Notes: generated by a model not told the origin, from the sequence alone. Counted from the first letter of the stretch, positions 7,761 to 17,897 are shown. The stretch is 64,000 bases of DNA from an uncultured Caulobacterales bacterium (GCA_964578685.1 CAZOEB010000004.1:1293-65292), one strand, 5' to 3'. Translations and numbers: made by a program.

Positions 7761-10154
7761 ATGCGAGCCAAAACGATGACGACGACAGCATTGCGCCGGG
7801 TGGCGCTTGGCGTCGTGTCTGCAAGCGCAATCAGCATCGGCGTCGGACCGGCCTTTGCGCAGGAGCCGGTCGCTGATGCGGGGCAAGATGAAATCATCGT
7901 CTCGGCGCGCCGCCGCGATGAATCGCTCAAAGATGTTCCGATCGCGGTTTCCGCTTTCAGCGGCGCGTCGCTCGAGTCCATCGGCGCTGCGGACCTGACG
8001 GATATCGGCGACATCACGCCGAACGTCACGCTTGAAGTGTCGCGCGGCACCAACTCAACGCTGTCGGCGTTCATTCGCGGCGTCGGCCAGCAGGACCCTG
8101 TCGCCGGCTTCGAGGCCGGCGTCGGCCTTTACATCGACGACGTCTACCTCAATCGTCCGCAGGCGGCGGTGCTCGATATTTACGATGTCGAACGCATTGA
8201 AGTGCTGCGCGGGCCGCAAGGCACGCTATACGGCCGCAACACGATCGGCGGCGCCGTCAAGTATGTGACGCGCCGGCTGTCGGACAATCCGTCCGCGACG
8301 CTCCGCCTGACCGGCGGCAATTACGGGCAGTTCGACGCCGTCGGTTCCTTCAGCCTGCCAGTGCTGAATGACAGCTTCATCGGCGACCTCAAGGTCGGCG
8401 GCGGCGTCGCCTATCTCACGCGCAACGGCTTTGGCGACAACCTCAATCTCACCGAACTTGAGAATTACAACAAGGACGTGCTCGCCTTCCGCGCCAGCAT
8501 CGAATGGGATCCGTCCGACCGGCTGTCAATCCGCTTTGCGGGCGACTGGACGGAGGATGATTCAGACCCCCGCCAGGGCCACCGCCTGCTACCCTTTGAC
8601 TTTCCGGCGGGGGGCGCCGTGGAGTTTCCGGTCCTCGAAAACGTCTTCGACACCCGCGCGGGTCTGAACACTCCGGAGCAGGGCGTCGAAGCGCGCGGCC
8701 TTTCCAATGTCGTCGAATTCCGAGCGACGGACAGACTGACGTTCAAGAACATCGTTTCCTACCGCGACAGCGACACGACGACGCCGATCGACTTCGATTC
8801 CTTGCCGCTCATCGACCTCGACGTCGCGACCGAGTATCGCGACCACCAGTTCAGCGAGGAATTCCAGGCGCTTTATGAGGGCGAACGGCTCTCCGGCGTT
8901 CTCGGATTTTACTACCTTTCGGCGAACGCTCGAAACGACTTTGACGTGCTGCTCGGCGGCGGGGCGACCAACGTCTTCACATCGAGCGACGTCGATACGC
9001 GCACCTGGTCGATCTTCGGCGATTTCTCGTTCGACGTGACTGACCGGCTCTCGGTCGCAGTCGGAGGCCGCTATACGCAGGATGAACGGTCGATCTTCCT
9101 GCGCCGGCAGATCTTCGTGAATAACGGAGTCAATTTCGCGCTCGGCACGCTGTCGCCTTCGCTCGGCGGTCCGCTGCGCCCGCCGCTTCTCACGCAAACG
9201 AACCTCGACGCCGAGGCGGACTTTGAAGACTTCAGCCCGCGCGCAAGCATTTCCTATGCGTTCAGCGACGAACACACCGGCTATGTGTCCTACGCCAAAG
9301 GCTTCAAAGGCGGATCGTTCGACCCGCGCTGCGTCGCGTCTTCCGCGCCCAATATTGACGGCGACGCCACGCCCGGCGCGCTCGATCCGGATGACCAGCG
9401 CAGTTTCTGCCTGTTCCAGCCGGAAGAGATCGACACCTTTGAGACGGGCCTCAAGAGCCAGTTCGGCGATGTCGCCACGTCCAATTTCGCGGTCTTCTAC
9501 AGCGATTATCAAGATGTGCAGATCCCGGGCTCCTTCGGCGTCGACACCAACGGCGACGGCGTCGCGGACACCTTCGCGGGCGTCACGACGAACGCCGCGG
9601 CGGCGACGCTCTGGGGTATCGAATGGGAAGGCGACGTCCGTCTCGCCCAGGACTGGCTGTCTGCGGGCGACAGCATCAACGTCCAGTTCGCCCTCGGCTA
9701 CATCAACGCCGAGTTCGACGAATATCTCGGCCGCGGATCGCCGCCGCCGGACCTGACCAATGTCGCCGTCTTCCAGAACACGCCGAAGATCACGTCCTTC
9801 GCGCAGCTGAATTACAATCGGCCCCTGTCGATGTTCGGCAAAGACGGCGGCGTCAATCTTTATACGTCCTTCTCATTCAGAAGTTTGACGCACCAGTTCA
9901 ACTTCCGGTCGCCGATCGACCAGCCGGCTTATGCGCTGCTCAACGCCGGGTTTTCCTGGACGACCGACGACGGCCGCCTCAGCGCAGGCGTTCACGGCAC
10001 GAACCTCACCGACAAGCGCTATGTCGTCGCCGGCTACGACTTCGTGACGGCGCTGCCGCAGTTCGGAAACTCGCCGCTTGGCGCGTCAGGCGTCCTCACG
10101 ACCTTCTATGGCAATCCGCGCCAGGTCTTCGGCACGGTCAGGGTCGCTTTCTAG
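7761..10154 (+). CDS. TonB-dependent outer-membrane receptor
   Basis: 797 aa. Has a signal peptide ending PAFAQEP and a plug domain (DEIIVSARRR, ERIEVLRGPQGTLYGRNTIGGAVKY). The long beta-barrel ends in ...TVRVAF. SD GGAGGG precedes the start. Confidence 0.9.
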   Translation: MRAKTMTTTALRRVALGVVSASAISIGVGPAFAQEPVADAGQDEIIVSARRRDESLKDVPIAVSAFSGASLESIGAADLTDIGDITPNVTLEVSRGTNSTLSAFIRGVGQQDPVAGFEAGVGLYIDDVYLNRPQAAVLDIYDVERIEVLRGPQGTLYGRNTIGGAVKYVTRRLSDNPSATLRLTGGNYGQFDAVGSFSLPVLNDSFIGDLKVGGGVAYLTRNGFGDNLNLTELENYNKDVLAFRASIEWDPSDRLSIRFAGDWTEDDSDPRQGHRLLPFDFPAGGAVEFPVLENVFDTRAGLNTPEQGVEARGLSNVVEFRATDRLTFKNIVSYRDSDTTTPIDFDSLPLIDLDVATEYRDHQFSEEFQALYEGERLSGVLGFYYLSANARNDFDVLLGGGATNVFTSSDVDTRTWSIFGDFSFDVTDRLSVAVGGRYTQDERSIFLRRQIFVNNGVNFALGTLSPSLGGPLRPPLLTQTNLDAEADFEDFSPRASISYAFSDEHTGYVSYAKGFKGGSFDPRCVASSAPNIDGDATPGALDPDDQRSFCLFQPEEIDTFETGLKSQFGDVATSNFAVFYSDYQDVQIPGSFGVDTNGDGVADTFAGVTTNAAAATLWGIEWEGDVRLAQDWLSAGDSINVQFALGYINAEFDEYLGRGSPPPDLTNVAVFQNTPKITSFAQLNYNRPLSMFGKDGGVNLYTSFSFRSLTHQFNFRSPIDQPAYALLNAGFSWTTDDGRLSAGVHGTNLTDKRYVVAGYDFVTALPQFGNSPLGASGVLTTFYGNPRQVFGTVRVAF

Positions 10155-10246
10155 CGCGCATTGGTTCCTCCCTGGCGGCGCGAATCGTTCTGAGTATCGG
10201 ACGGTTCGCGCCGTTCTTCCGACCGCCTTGCGGAGGCTTCATTCCG

Positions 10247-11188
10247 GTGTTCAAGAAAACAGCCTTCGCGCTAGGGGCGCTGCTGATCGCAGCCGGCGCC
10301 GCAGCGGGCGTCGTGTTCTGGCGCGCCCAGCCGTCTCTGACCCCGGCTGTGTCGCTTCAGGGCGCAAGCGACCGCATGATGATGATCGCGGGCGCCAAAG
10401 TCCGCGTCAGGATAGAGGGGCCCGAAAACGCGCCGCCGATCATTCTGCTGCACGGCTTCATCTACAGCCTCGAATCCTTTGACGCTTGGGCGAGCGGGCT
10501 CGCCGGCGACTATCGCGTCATCCGCTTCGACCTTCTTGGACACGGTCTCTCCGGACCGGACCCGCAAAAGCGCTACTCGCCGCAGGAACGCGCCGAGTTC
10601 ATCGGTGAGGTCATGGATGCGCTCCATATTGATCGGGCGGTCATCGGCGGCAATTCGCTTGGCGGTCTCGCCGCCTGGCGCTTTGCGGCGACAAGTCCGG
10701 AGCGCGTTTCGGCGCTCATTCTTGTCTCGCCCGGCGGCTATCCGGGCAATGGCGTCGCCGACACGCCGCTCTCGCCGCCGGCGCCGTTCGCCTTCTTTCT
10801 CCGCAATCCGACGGAAGCGGGCGTCGCCCTGACGCTTCAGGGGGTGTACGCGGACAAATCGCAGATCACGCCGGAGCGCATCTCACGCGTTACGGCGATG
10901 ATGCGCCAGCCGGGCAATGGCGACGCCTATGTCGAGTCGATCGAGGAATTTTCGCTGCCTGATCCCGAACCCATGCTGCGATCGATCACGGCGCCGACGC
11001 TCATTTTGTGGGGCGCAGACGACAAGGTGATCCCCGTCGACCATGGCCGCCGCATGGCGGAAGCGATCTCGGGCGCGGAACTCATCGTCTATGACGGCGT
11101 CGGACACGTCGCGCAGGAGGAAGCGCCGGAGCGTTCATTAGGCGACGTGCGCAAGTTCCTCGATCGTATTGAAGGCGGCGCTCTTTGA
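10247..11188 (+). CDS. alpha/beta-fold hydrolase, membrane-anchored or secreted
   Basis: Carries ILLHGF (oxyanion region), the GNSLGG nucleophile elbow and C-terminal DGVGHV. I placed the start at an in-frame GTG just before the hydrophobic segment FALGALLIAAGAAAGVV. The tracked ORF extension (from 9623) overlaps the receptor gene and is rejected. Confidence 0.7.
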   Translation: MFKKTAFALGALLIAAGAAAGVVFWRAQPSLTPAVSLQGASDRMMMIAGAKVRVRIEGPENAPPIILLHGFIYSLESFDAWASGLAGDYRVIRFDLLGHGLSGPDPQKRYSPQERAEFIGEVMDALHIDRAVIGGNSLGGLAAWRFAATSPERVSALILVSPGGYPGNGVADTPLSPPAPFAFFLRNPTEAGVALTLQGVYADKSQITPERISRVTAMMRQPGNGDAYVESIEEFSLPDPEPMLRSITAPTLILWGADDKVIPVDHGRRMAEAISGAELIVYDGVGHVAQEEAPERSLGDVRKFLDRIEGGAL

Positions 11189-12504
11189 TCGGCGGGCGCG
11201 AAACGACTCCGGGCTATCGCGCCTGGGTGCTGTTCATTCTTGTCGTCGTTTACACCTTCAATTTCATCGACCGCCAGATCGTCGGCATTCTGGCGGTGCC
11301 GATCAAGGCCGATCTCGGACTTTCCGATACGCAGCTGTCGTTGATGGGCGGTCTCGCTTTCGCGCTTTTTTACACTTTTCTCGGCGTCCCGATCGCCGTT
11401 CTCGCCGATCGCAAGAGCCGGGTGTGGATCATGTCGATCGCGCTCGCGGTTTGGAGCGCGATGACGGCGTTGTGCGGGCTGGCGCAGAACTTCACGCAGC
11501 TCTTCCTCGCGCGGCTCGGCGTCGGCGTAGGGGAAGCAGGCGGCGTCGCGCCCGCCTATTCGCTGATCGCCGACTATTTTCCGTCGGAGAAACGCGCGCG
11601 CGCCCTGTCGATCTATTCTTTCGGCATTCCGATCGGGTCTGCGCTGGGCATTCTGCTGGGCGGGGTCTTGACGAGTTACCTCGACTGGCGCTCGGCGTTC
11701 ATCGTCGTTGGGCTCGCCGGCCTTCTGCTCGCGCCGGTGCTGCGGCTGACGGTCAAGGACCCCGATCGCGGCGCCTTTGACGCCGGCCCGCCGCCGACGC
11801 CGGCGCCGTTAGCCCACGTGGTCCGCACAATCGCGCGGAAGAAGAGCTTCTGGAGCCTTTCTCTCGGGGCGGCGGCGTCTTCGATGATGGGCTACGGCGT
11901 CATCTTCTGGCTCCCTTCGTTCTTTGTACGAAGCTTTGGCGACGCGCTGCCGGCCTTCTTTTCCTTCCTGCCTGACTGGATGGTCCCCGTTGACGCCAAG
12001 CCTGTGCTGTTCGCCTCCTATTTTTACGGATCGCTTCTTCTTTTCGGCGGCGTCGCCGGCATCTGGCTCGGGGGCGTTCTCGCCGATCGCTTCGGCAAGG
12101 CGAACAAGGCGGCCTATGCGGTGGTGCCGGCTGTCGCGTTCCTGCTGACGATCCCGTTCTACGTTTTCGGCATGCTGTCTTCTTCCCTGGCGGCGACATT
12201 TGTGCTTTTTCTTGTTCCGACGGCGCTCAGCCTTGTGTGGCTGGGGCCGGTCATCGCAGCCTTCCAGCATCTCGCGCCGCCCAACATGCGCGCGACGGCG
12301 TCGGCGGTCTTCCTGTTCGTCAACAATCTCATCGGCATCGGGCTTGGCAATCTGGCGATCGGCGCGCTCTCCGATGCGATGACAGTCCGATTTGGCGACG
12401 AGGCGTTGCGGTATGCGATCCTTTCCGGCGCAGGCTTCTACGTGATCGCCGCAGGGTTGATGTTGCTCGCGGCACGCTGGCTTGAAAAAGACTGGGAGGC
12501 ATGA
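11185..12504 (+). CDS. MFS transporter (Spinster-like family)
   Basis: 439 aa with about 12 hydrophobic segments. Contains YTFNFIDRQIVGILAVPIKADLGLSD and ARLGVGVGEAGG. Its TTG start overlaps the upstream TGA (TTGA). Confidence 0.8.
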   Translation: MIGGRETTPGYRAWVLFILVVVYTFNFIDRQIVGILAVPIKADLGLSDTQLSLMGGLAFALFYTFLGVPIAVLADRKSRVWIMSIALAVWSAMTALCGLAQNFTQLFLARLGVGVGEAGGVAPAYSLIADYFPSEKRARALSIYSFGIPIGSALGILLGGVLTSYLDWRSAFIVVGLAGLLLAPVLRLTVKDPDRGAFDAGPPPTPAPLAHVVRTIARKKSFWSLSLGAAASSMMGYGVIFWLPSFFVRSFGDALPAFFSFLPDWMVPVDAKPVLFASYFYGSLLLFGGVAGIWLGGVLADRFGKANKAAYAVVPAVAFLLTIPFYVFGMLSSSLAATFVLFLVPTALSLVWLGPVIAAFQHLAPPNMRATASAVFLFVNNLIGIGLGNLAIGALSDAMTVRFGDEALRYAILSGAGFYVIAAGLMLLAARWLEKDWEA

Positions 12505-12565
12505 CGCTGGCGCTCCCGGCGCAGGTACGAGTATGCTCGCCGGAGCGCATCTGGGGGATCCGCCG

Positions 12566-13138
12566 ATGAGAAGAGCGATCCTTGGCGCGTTCGCGCTGTC
12601 GGCCTGTGCGACGGACGCGCCGCCGCTTTCGCCGCAAGCGGCCTTTTTCGAGGCCGTCTCCGCCCATTGCGGGAAGGCCTATGAAGGGCGCCTCGTCACG
12701 AACGACGCCGCTGACTCCGACATGGCCGCGGCGCGTCTGGTGATGGAGGTGCGTGCGTGCGCCGCCGACGAGATACGCATTCCTTTTCATGTGGGGGAAG
12801 ATCGGTCGCGCACCTGGCTGTTGACGCGCACGGGCGTGGGGCTGCGCCTCAAGCACGATCATCGTCATAAAGACGGAAGCGAAGACGCGCTCACCCAGTA
12901 TGGCGGCGACACCGCAGCGCCGGGGACCGCTTCGCGTCAGGAATTCCCGGCCGACATGTATTCGAAGGATCTTTTCCTGCGGGAGGGGCGGCCGGTTTCG
13001 GTAGACAATGTCTGGGCGATGGAGATCGGTCCGACGCGATTTGCTTACGAACTAAGGCGCCCCGATCGTCATTTCCGCGTGGAGTTCGATCTGACGACGC
13101 CGGTTGCGCCGCCGCCGCCGCCATGGGGTGCGGAGTGA
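12566..13138 (+). CDS. hypothetical lipoprotein
   Basis: An internal ATG at 12566 gives MRRAILGAFALSAC, a lipobox. The rest is hydrophilic and ends with a PPPPP tail. I recognise no family. Confidence 0.5.
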   Translation: MRRAILGAFALSACATDAPPLSPQAAFFEAVSAHCGKAYEGRLVTNDAADSDMAAARLVMEVRACAADEIRIPFHVGEDRSRTWLLTRTGVGLRLKHDHRHKDGSEDALTQYGGDTAAPGTASRQEFPADMYSKDLFLREGRPVSVDNVWAMEIGPTRFAYELRRPDRHFRVEFDLTTPVAPPPPPWGAE

Positions 13139-13188
13139 GGCTGCCTTAGGCGCTTGCGGCGGACGCGTCCGCGCGCCAGAAACGCGGT

Positions 13189-14058
13189 ATGACCGCACAG
13201 CCGACTTCCCGCCGTTTCGTGTCGCAGCGCCTGAAGCTGCACTACGCCGACTGGGGCAACGAGTCGGCCCCGCCGCTTGTTCTGATGCATGGCGGTCGCG
13301 ACCACTGTCGCAGCCTTGACGCCGTCGCCCGAGCGCTCTGCGACCGCTATCACGTTGTCGCGCCGGACCTGCGCGGGCACGGCGACAGCGACTGGTCGCC
13401 TGACGGCGACTACTCGATGCAGGCGCTCGTCTACGACCTCGCCCAGCTCATTCATCAGCTCGGCCGTACGCCGGTGACGCTTGTCGCGCATTCGCTCGGC
13501 GGCAATATCGCCATCCGTTATTCGGGGCTCTATCCCGCCAATGTCGCCAAGCTCGTCGCGATCGAGGGGCTCGGGCTTTCGCCGTCAATGCTGGCGGAAC
13601 GGGAAAAAGTTCCGATGGCGGAGCGTTTCCGGAAATGGATCGAAGACAAACGCGCGGCCTCGGCGCGGACGCCGCGGCGCTATCCGACGCTCGATGCGGC
13701 GCTCGAGCGCATGAAAGAGGAAAACAAATTCCTGACCGACGCCATGGCGCGCCACCTTACCGAGCATGGCGCGACGATGAATGAGGACGGAACCTGGAGC
13801 TGGAAGTTTGACAACTACGTGAACGTCTGGCCGCCCTTTGACCTTCCGCAGGCGGAGATTCACGCGCTCTGGAGTTCGATCGAATGCCCGACGCTGCTGG
13901 TATACGGCGCCGAGAGTTGGGCCTCGAACCCCGAGAAAGACGGACGGGCCACGCACTTCAGGAACGCGCGGGTCGTCTCCCTCGCCAAGGCCGGCCATTG
14001 GGTCCATCATGATCAATTTGAGGCCTTCATGGCGGCGCTGACCGATTTTCTCGCTTAG
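13189..14058 (+). CDS. alpha/beta-fold hydrolase
   Basis: 289 aa with LVLMHGGRDH, the AHSLGG nucleophile elbow and C-terminal AGHWVHHDQ. Confidence 0.8.
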   Translation: MTAQPTSRRFVSQRLKLHYADWGNESAPPLVLMHGGRDHCRSLDAVARALCDRYHVVAPDLRGHGDSDWSPDGDYSMQALVYDLAQLIHQLGRTPVTLVAHSLGGNIAIRYSGLYPANVAKLVAIEGLGLSPSMLAEREKVPMAERFRKWIEDKRAASARTPRRYPTLDAALERMKEENKFLTDAMARHLTEHGATMNEDGTWSWKFDNYVNVWPPFDLPQAEIHALWSSIECPTLLVYGAESWASNPEKDGRATHFRNARVVSLAKAGHWVHHDQFEAFMAALTDFLA

Positions 14059-14169
14059 AGCGTCCAGTTTCCCCAATTTCCCCTGTTGAAAACGGAGGCT
14101 TTACATGAGAACAAAAAGGGAATAAAGAACAAAGGATGAACGAAATCGATCAACCGATGGAGCCGTCCG

Positions 14170-14295
14170 ATGCGCAAGGCTGTTACTCTTGGGAATTCTG
14201 GGGAAACCGGCGTGTTGAAGGACGCCGCAGGACTCGGCGTATTGCTGGTGTTGATCGCGTCTGTGCAGCTCTTGAGTTTCCTTGCGGGCGTCTAA
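14170..14295 (+). CDS. candidate 41-aa small membrane protein (speculative)
   Basis: GGAG lies 7 nt upstream of the ATG. Translation is MRKAVTLGNSGETGVLKDAAGLGVLLVLIASVQLLSFLAGV, with one C-terminal hydrophobic helix. It sits in the otherwise unassigned 266-nt gap before dnaE. Third-codon GC is lower than in neighbouring genes. Confidence 0.2.
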   Translation: MRKAVTLGNSGETGVLKDAAGLGVLLVLIASVQLLSFLAGV

Positions 14296-14324
14296 GGCGG
14301 GTTGGCTAAAGGAGATCGGACGCC

Positions 14325-17300
14325 ATGGGCGATCCCGTTCGGGAGGCAGCGCTCAAAGCGTCTTCGGGACAGCGTCCCGCGGCGGACTTCGTCCATCTGC
14401 ACGTCCACTCGGCCTATTCGCTTTCCGAAGGCGCGATAAAGATCGGGAAGCTAAAGGACCTTTGTCTCGCCGCCGGCATGGCCGCGGTGGCGGTGACAGA
14501 CACCAACAATCTGTTCGGCGCGCTTGAGGCTTCGGAAACGCTTTCGGGCGCCGGTCTGCAGCCGATCGCCGGGCTTCAGCTTTCGCTCGCCGGCGACACC
14601 GGTCTCGATATCAAGGGCGGACGGCCGCCGGCGATCGTGCTGCTCGCCCAGTCGGAAGCAGGGTTTCAGCGGCTGATGCGACTTTCCAGCCGCGCCTACC
14701 TTTCCTCCGCGTCGGCCGATCACACCGCTGCCGCTATCGGCTGGTTGGAGGAGGAGGGGACCGAGGGTCTCCTTTGCCTTTCGGGCGGTTTTGACGGCCT
14801 GCTCGATGCGGCGCTGCGCCTTGAGCGCAGCGATGACGCCGTCGCTCTGGCGAAACGGCTCTGTTCTCTCTTTCCCGATCGGCTGTATGTCGAATTGCAG
14901 CGCCACCCCTCGCGCCGGTCGCGCAGCGTCGAGGGCGCGCTCATAGACCTGGCGGACGATCTCGGCCTGCCGGTCGTCGCTACGAACGAACCTTTTTTTC
15001 CGAAGGCGGATGATTACGAGGCGCATGACGCGCTTTTGTGCATCGCCGAGGGCGCCTATGTGCATCAGGTAGATCGCCGCACGGTGACGCGCGATCATTA
15101 TTTCAAATCGGCGTCAGAGATGCGGGCGCTGTTCGCCGACCTTCCGGAGGCGATCGATGCGACCATCGAGATCGCGCGCCGCTGCGCCTTTCGCCCGCGC
15201 ACCCGCCAGCCGATCCTTCCGCGGTTCACAAAGGAAGCGGCGAGCGCAGGCGCCGGAGCGGCGGCGGTCGCCGCAGAAGCGCGCGAACTCGAGTCGCAAG
15301 CGCGCGAAGGCCTGAAGGAACGGCTCGCCCGCGTCGAGCTGGCGGCGCCCGAGGCCGACTATTGGGATCGTCTCAAATTCGAGATCGACGTCATCTGCAA
15401 GATGGGTTTCCCGGGGTATTTCCTGATCGTCGCCGACTTCATCAAATGGGCGAAGAAGGAAGGGATTCCGGTCGGTCCCGGCCGGGGCTCGGGCGCCGGG
15501 TCGCTGGTCGCTTGGGCGTTGACGATCACCGATCTCGATCCTCTCCGTTTCGGGTTGCTTTTCGAGCGTTTTCTCAATCCCGAACGCGTGTCGATGCCCG
15601 ACTTCGACATCGATTTCTGTCAGGACCGGCGCGACGAGGTCATCCGTTACGTTCAGCAGAAATACGGCGCCGATCGCGTCGCGCAGATCATCACCTTTGG
15701 AAAATTGCAGGCGCGGGCGGTGCTGCGCGACGTCGGCCGCGTCATCGGCATGCCGTTTCCGCAGGTCGACCGGCTCTGCAAGCTGGTTCCGAACAATCCT
15801 GCGAATCCGGTGACGCTCGCGGAGGCGATCGAGAGCGAGTCGCGGCTGCGCGAGGAGCGCGCACGCGATGAAGGCGTCGCGGCGCTGCTTGAAAAGGCGT
15901 TGAAGCTTGAGGGGCTTTACCGCCACGCATCGACTCACGCAGCGGGGGTCGTCATCGGCGACCGGGCGCTCGACGAGCTGACGCCGCTCTACCGCGATCC
16001 GCGTTCGGACCTTCCCGCCACTCAATACAATATGAAGTGGGTGGAGCCTGCGGGCCTCGTCAAATTCGACTTTCTCGGACTCAAGACGCTGACGGTCATC
16101 GACAGGGCCGCACGGCTTGTCCGCGATGCCGGCGGCGACGTCGACCCGCACAACCTGCCGCTTGATGACAAAAAGACTTTTGCGATGCTCGGCGAAGGCG
16201 CGGCCGTCGGCGTTTTCCAGCTGGAATCGACCGGCATGCGCCAGACTTTGCGCGCCATGAAGCCGGATTGTCTTGAGGACATCATCGCGCTCGTGTCCCT
16301 CTATCGGCCGGGCCCGATGGAGAACATCCCGACCTATATCGAGCGCAAGCAGGGCCTGTCGCCCCCCGACTATCTCCATCCGTCGCTCGAGGCCGTGCTG
16401 AAGGAGACCTACGGCGTCATCATCTACCAGGAACAGGTGATGCAGATCGCGCAGATCCTCTCCGGTTACTCGCTCGGCGAGGCGGATCTTCTGCGCCGCG
16501 CGATGGGCAAGAAGCAGAAGGAGGAGATGGACCGCCAGCGCGCGCGATTCGTCGAGGGCGCCAAGGAAAAGGGCGTTGATCCCAGGAAGGCGTCGTCGAT
16601 CTTCGAGCTTGTCGAGAAGTTCGCCGGCTACGGCTTCAACAAGAGTCACGCGGCCTGTTACGCATTCATCGCGTACCAGACCGCTTACCTGAAGGCCAAT
16701 CATCCGGCTGAATTTCTCGCCGCGTCGATGTCGCTCGACCTGTCGAACACGGACAAGCTGGCGGTGTTCTTACGCGAGGCGCGTCGCTCCGGCGTTTCGG
16801 TGCGCCCGCCGCACGTCAATCTGTCGGAAGCGGATTTTTCGGTAAAGGACGGCGCCGTCATTTACGCGCTTGGCGCCGTCAAGAATGTCGGAGCTGCGGC
16901 GATGCAGTTGATTGCGGATGAGCGACGCGCGCACGGCGCCTTTCGCGACGTTTATGATCTTGCGGAGCGCGTCGATCTGAAGACCGTCGGCAAGCGCGCG
17001 ATTGAAAATCTCGCGCGGGCCGGCGCGTTTGACGGACTTGCGCGCTCGCGCGCCGCGATCCTTGCCGGCGCCGATCTCATCATCCGTTATTCGGCGCAGG
17101 TTTTTGAGGATCGCGGCAGCGCGCAAGTCGGTCTCTTTGACAACGGGCTTGCGACTGCGCTTGAGCGTCCCCGTTTGCCGGCGGTTGATGAATGGCCGCC
17201 TATCGAACGCCTCAATGAGGAGCGCGCCTCGCTCGGGTTCTATTTCAGCGGGCATCCGCTCGATGATTATGCGACCGAGCTCCGTCGTCTGAAGGCGGTG

Positions 17301-17843
17301 ACCGCCGCCGATGCGATCGAGGGCGCGAAATCAGGCGCGCGCTTTTCGGGGCAGATCGCCGCCGTCGTGCGTGCGGTTCGGATGCGCCGCTCGCGGGCGG
17401 GCAAGCCCTTCGCCTTTGTCGAATGTTCAGACGCGACCACCGATTTTGAGATCGCGGTCTTTAACGACGTGCTCGAAGCGGCGCGCGATCTTTTTGAGCC
17501 GGGCGCCTTGCTGCTCCTGACCGCCAACGCCGAGGAGCGGGAAGGGGAGGTCAGGTTCGCCTGCGACGGCGCGCGCCGGCTCGACGCGGCGGCCGCCCAG
17601 ACGACCTCTCAACTCCGGATCGCCGTCGCCGGGCCGGAGGCGATCGAGGCCGTCCGCCGCCGGCTTTCGGCCGTCAAGCCGGCCGGTGCGGGAGAGGCGG
17701 GGGAGGTCATTCTGTCGCTGACCCTTTCTGACCAGGGCGGCCGTCAAGTTGACTTCTTGCTCAAGGACCGGGCCGCCTGCACGCCAGCAGTTCGCGGGGC
17801 CTTGAAGGCGGTTGAGGGCGTGATCGACGTCGAACTGGTCTAG
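14325..17843 (+). CDS. dnaE: DNA polymerase III alpha subunit
   Basis: 1172 aa. Has the PHP domain FVHLHVHSAYSLSEGA and the polymerase core (GPGRGSGAGSLVAWAL, PDFDIDF, FNKSHAACYA). Confidence 0.95.
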   Translation: MGDPVREAALKASSGQRPAADFVHLHVHSAYSLSEGAIKIGKLKDLCLAAGMAAVAVTDTNNLFGALEASETLSGAGLQPIAGLQLSLAGDTGLDIKGGRPPAIVLLAQSEAGFQRLMRLSSRAYLSSASADHTAAAIGWLEEEGTEGLLCLSGGFDGLLDAALRLERSDDAVALAKRLCSLFPDRLYVELQRHPSRRSRSVEGALIDLADDLGLPVVATNEPFFPKADDYEAHDALLCIAEGAYVHQVDRRTVTRDHYFKSASEMRALFADLPEAIDATIEIARRCAFRPRTRQPILPRFTKEAASAGAGAAAVAAEARELESQAREGLKERLARVELAAPEADYWDRLKFEIDVICKMGFPGYFLIVADFIKWAKKEGIPVGPGRGSGAGSLVAWALTITDLDPLRFGLLFERFLNPERVSMPDFDIDFCQDRRDEVIRYVQQKYGADRVAQIITFGKLQARAVLRDVGRVIGMPFPQVDRLCKLVPNNPANPVTLAEAIESESRLREERARDEGVAALLEKALKLEGLYRHASTHAAGVVIGDRALDELTPLYRDPRSDLPATQYNMKWVEPAGLVKFDFLGLKTLTVIDRAARLVRDAGGDVDPHNLPLDDKKTFAMLGEGAAVGVFQLESTGMRQTLRAMKPDCLEDIIALVSLYRPGPMENIPTYIERKQGLSPPDYLHPSLEAVLKETYGVIIYQEQVMQIAQILSGYSLGEADLLRRAMGKKQKEEMDRQRARFVEGAKEKGVDPRKASSIFELVEKFAGYGFNKSHAACYAFIAYQTAYLKANHPAEFLAASMSLDLSNTDKLAVFLREARRSGVSVRPPHVNLSEADFSVKDGAVIYALGAVKNVGAAAMQLIADERRAHGAFRDVYDLAERVDLKTVGKRAIENLARAGAFDGLARSRAAILAGADLIIRYSAQVFEDRGSAQVGLFDNGLATALERPRLPAVDEWPPIERLNEERASLGFYFSGHPLDDYATELRRLKAVTAADAIEGAKSGARFSGQIAAVVRAVRMRRSRAGKPFAFVECSDATTDFEIAVFNDVLEAARDLFEPGALLLLTANAEEREGEVRFACDGARRLDAAAAQTTSQLRIAVAGPEAIEAVRRRLSAVKPAGAGEAGEVILSLTLSDQGGRQVDFLLKDRAACTPAVRGALKAVEGVIDVELV

Positions 17844-17868
17844 GCGTCGAAACAAAGCTGCCCGACGG

Positions 17869-17897
17869 TTGATTCCGCGACTGCGAACCCCTATAGC
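17869..17897 (+). promoter_or_regulatory. putative sigma70-type promoter of rpsB-tsf
   Basis: TTGATT (17869-17874), a 17-nt spacer, then TATAGC (17892-17897), about 95 nt upstream of the rpsB ATG. Confidence 0.35.

Noticed and set aside
9623-10246. Long N-terminal extensions of tracked ORFs: 9623 for the hydrolase, 35367 for ccmF, 18689 for tsf, 59161 for the small lipoprotein, 58537-59610 for qor, and 61936 for metG.
   Set aside because: The extensions overlap upstream genes or intergenic DNA and are Arg/Pro-rich. Internal starts with SD sequences give canonical N-termini or signal peptides.
14137-14298. 53-codon ORF (MNEIDQPMEPSD...) in the gap before dnaE.
   Set aside because: The SD-like AAGGA abuts the ATG with no spacing, and the product is Arg-rich and unstructured. 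The alternative 41-codon frame is reported instead, at low confidence.
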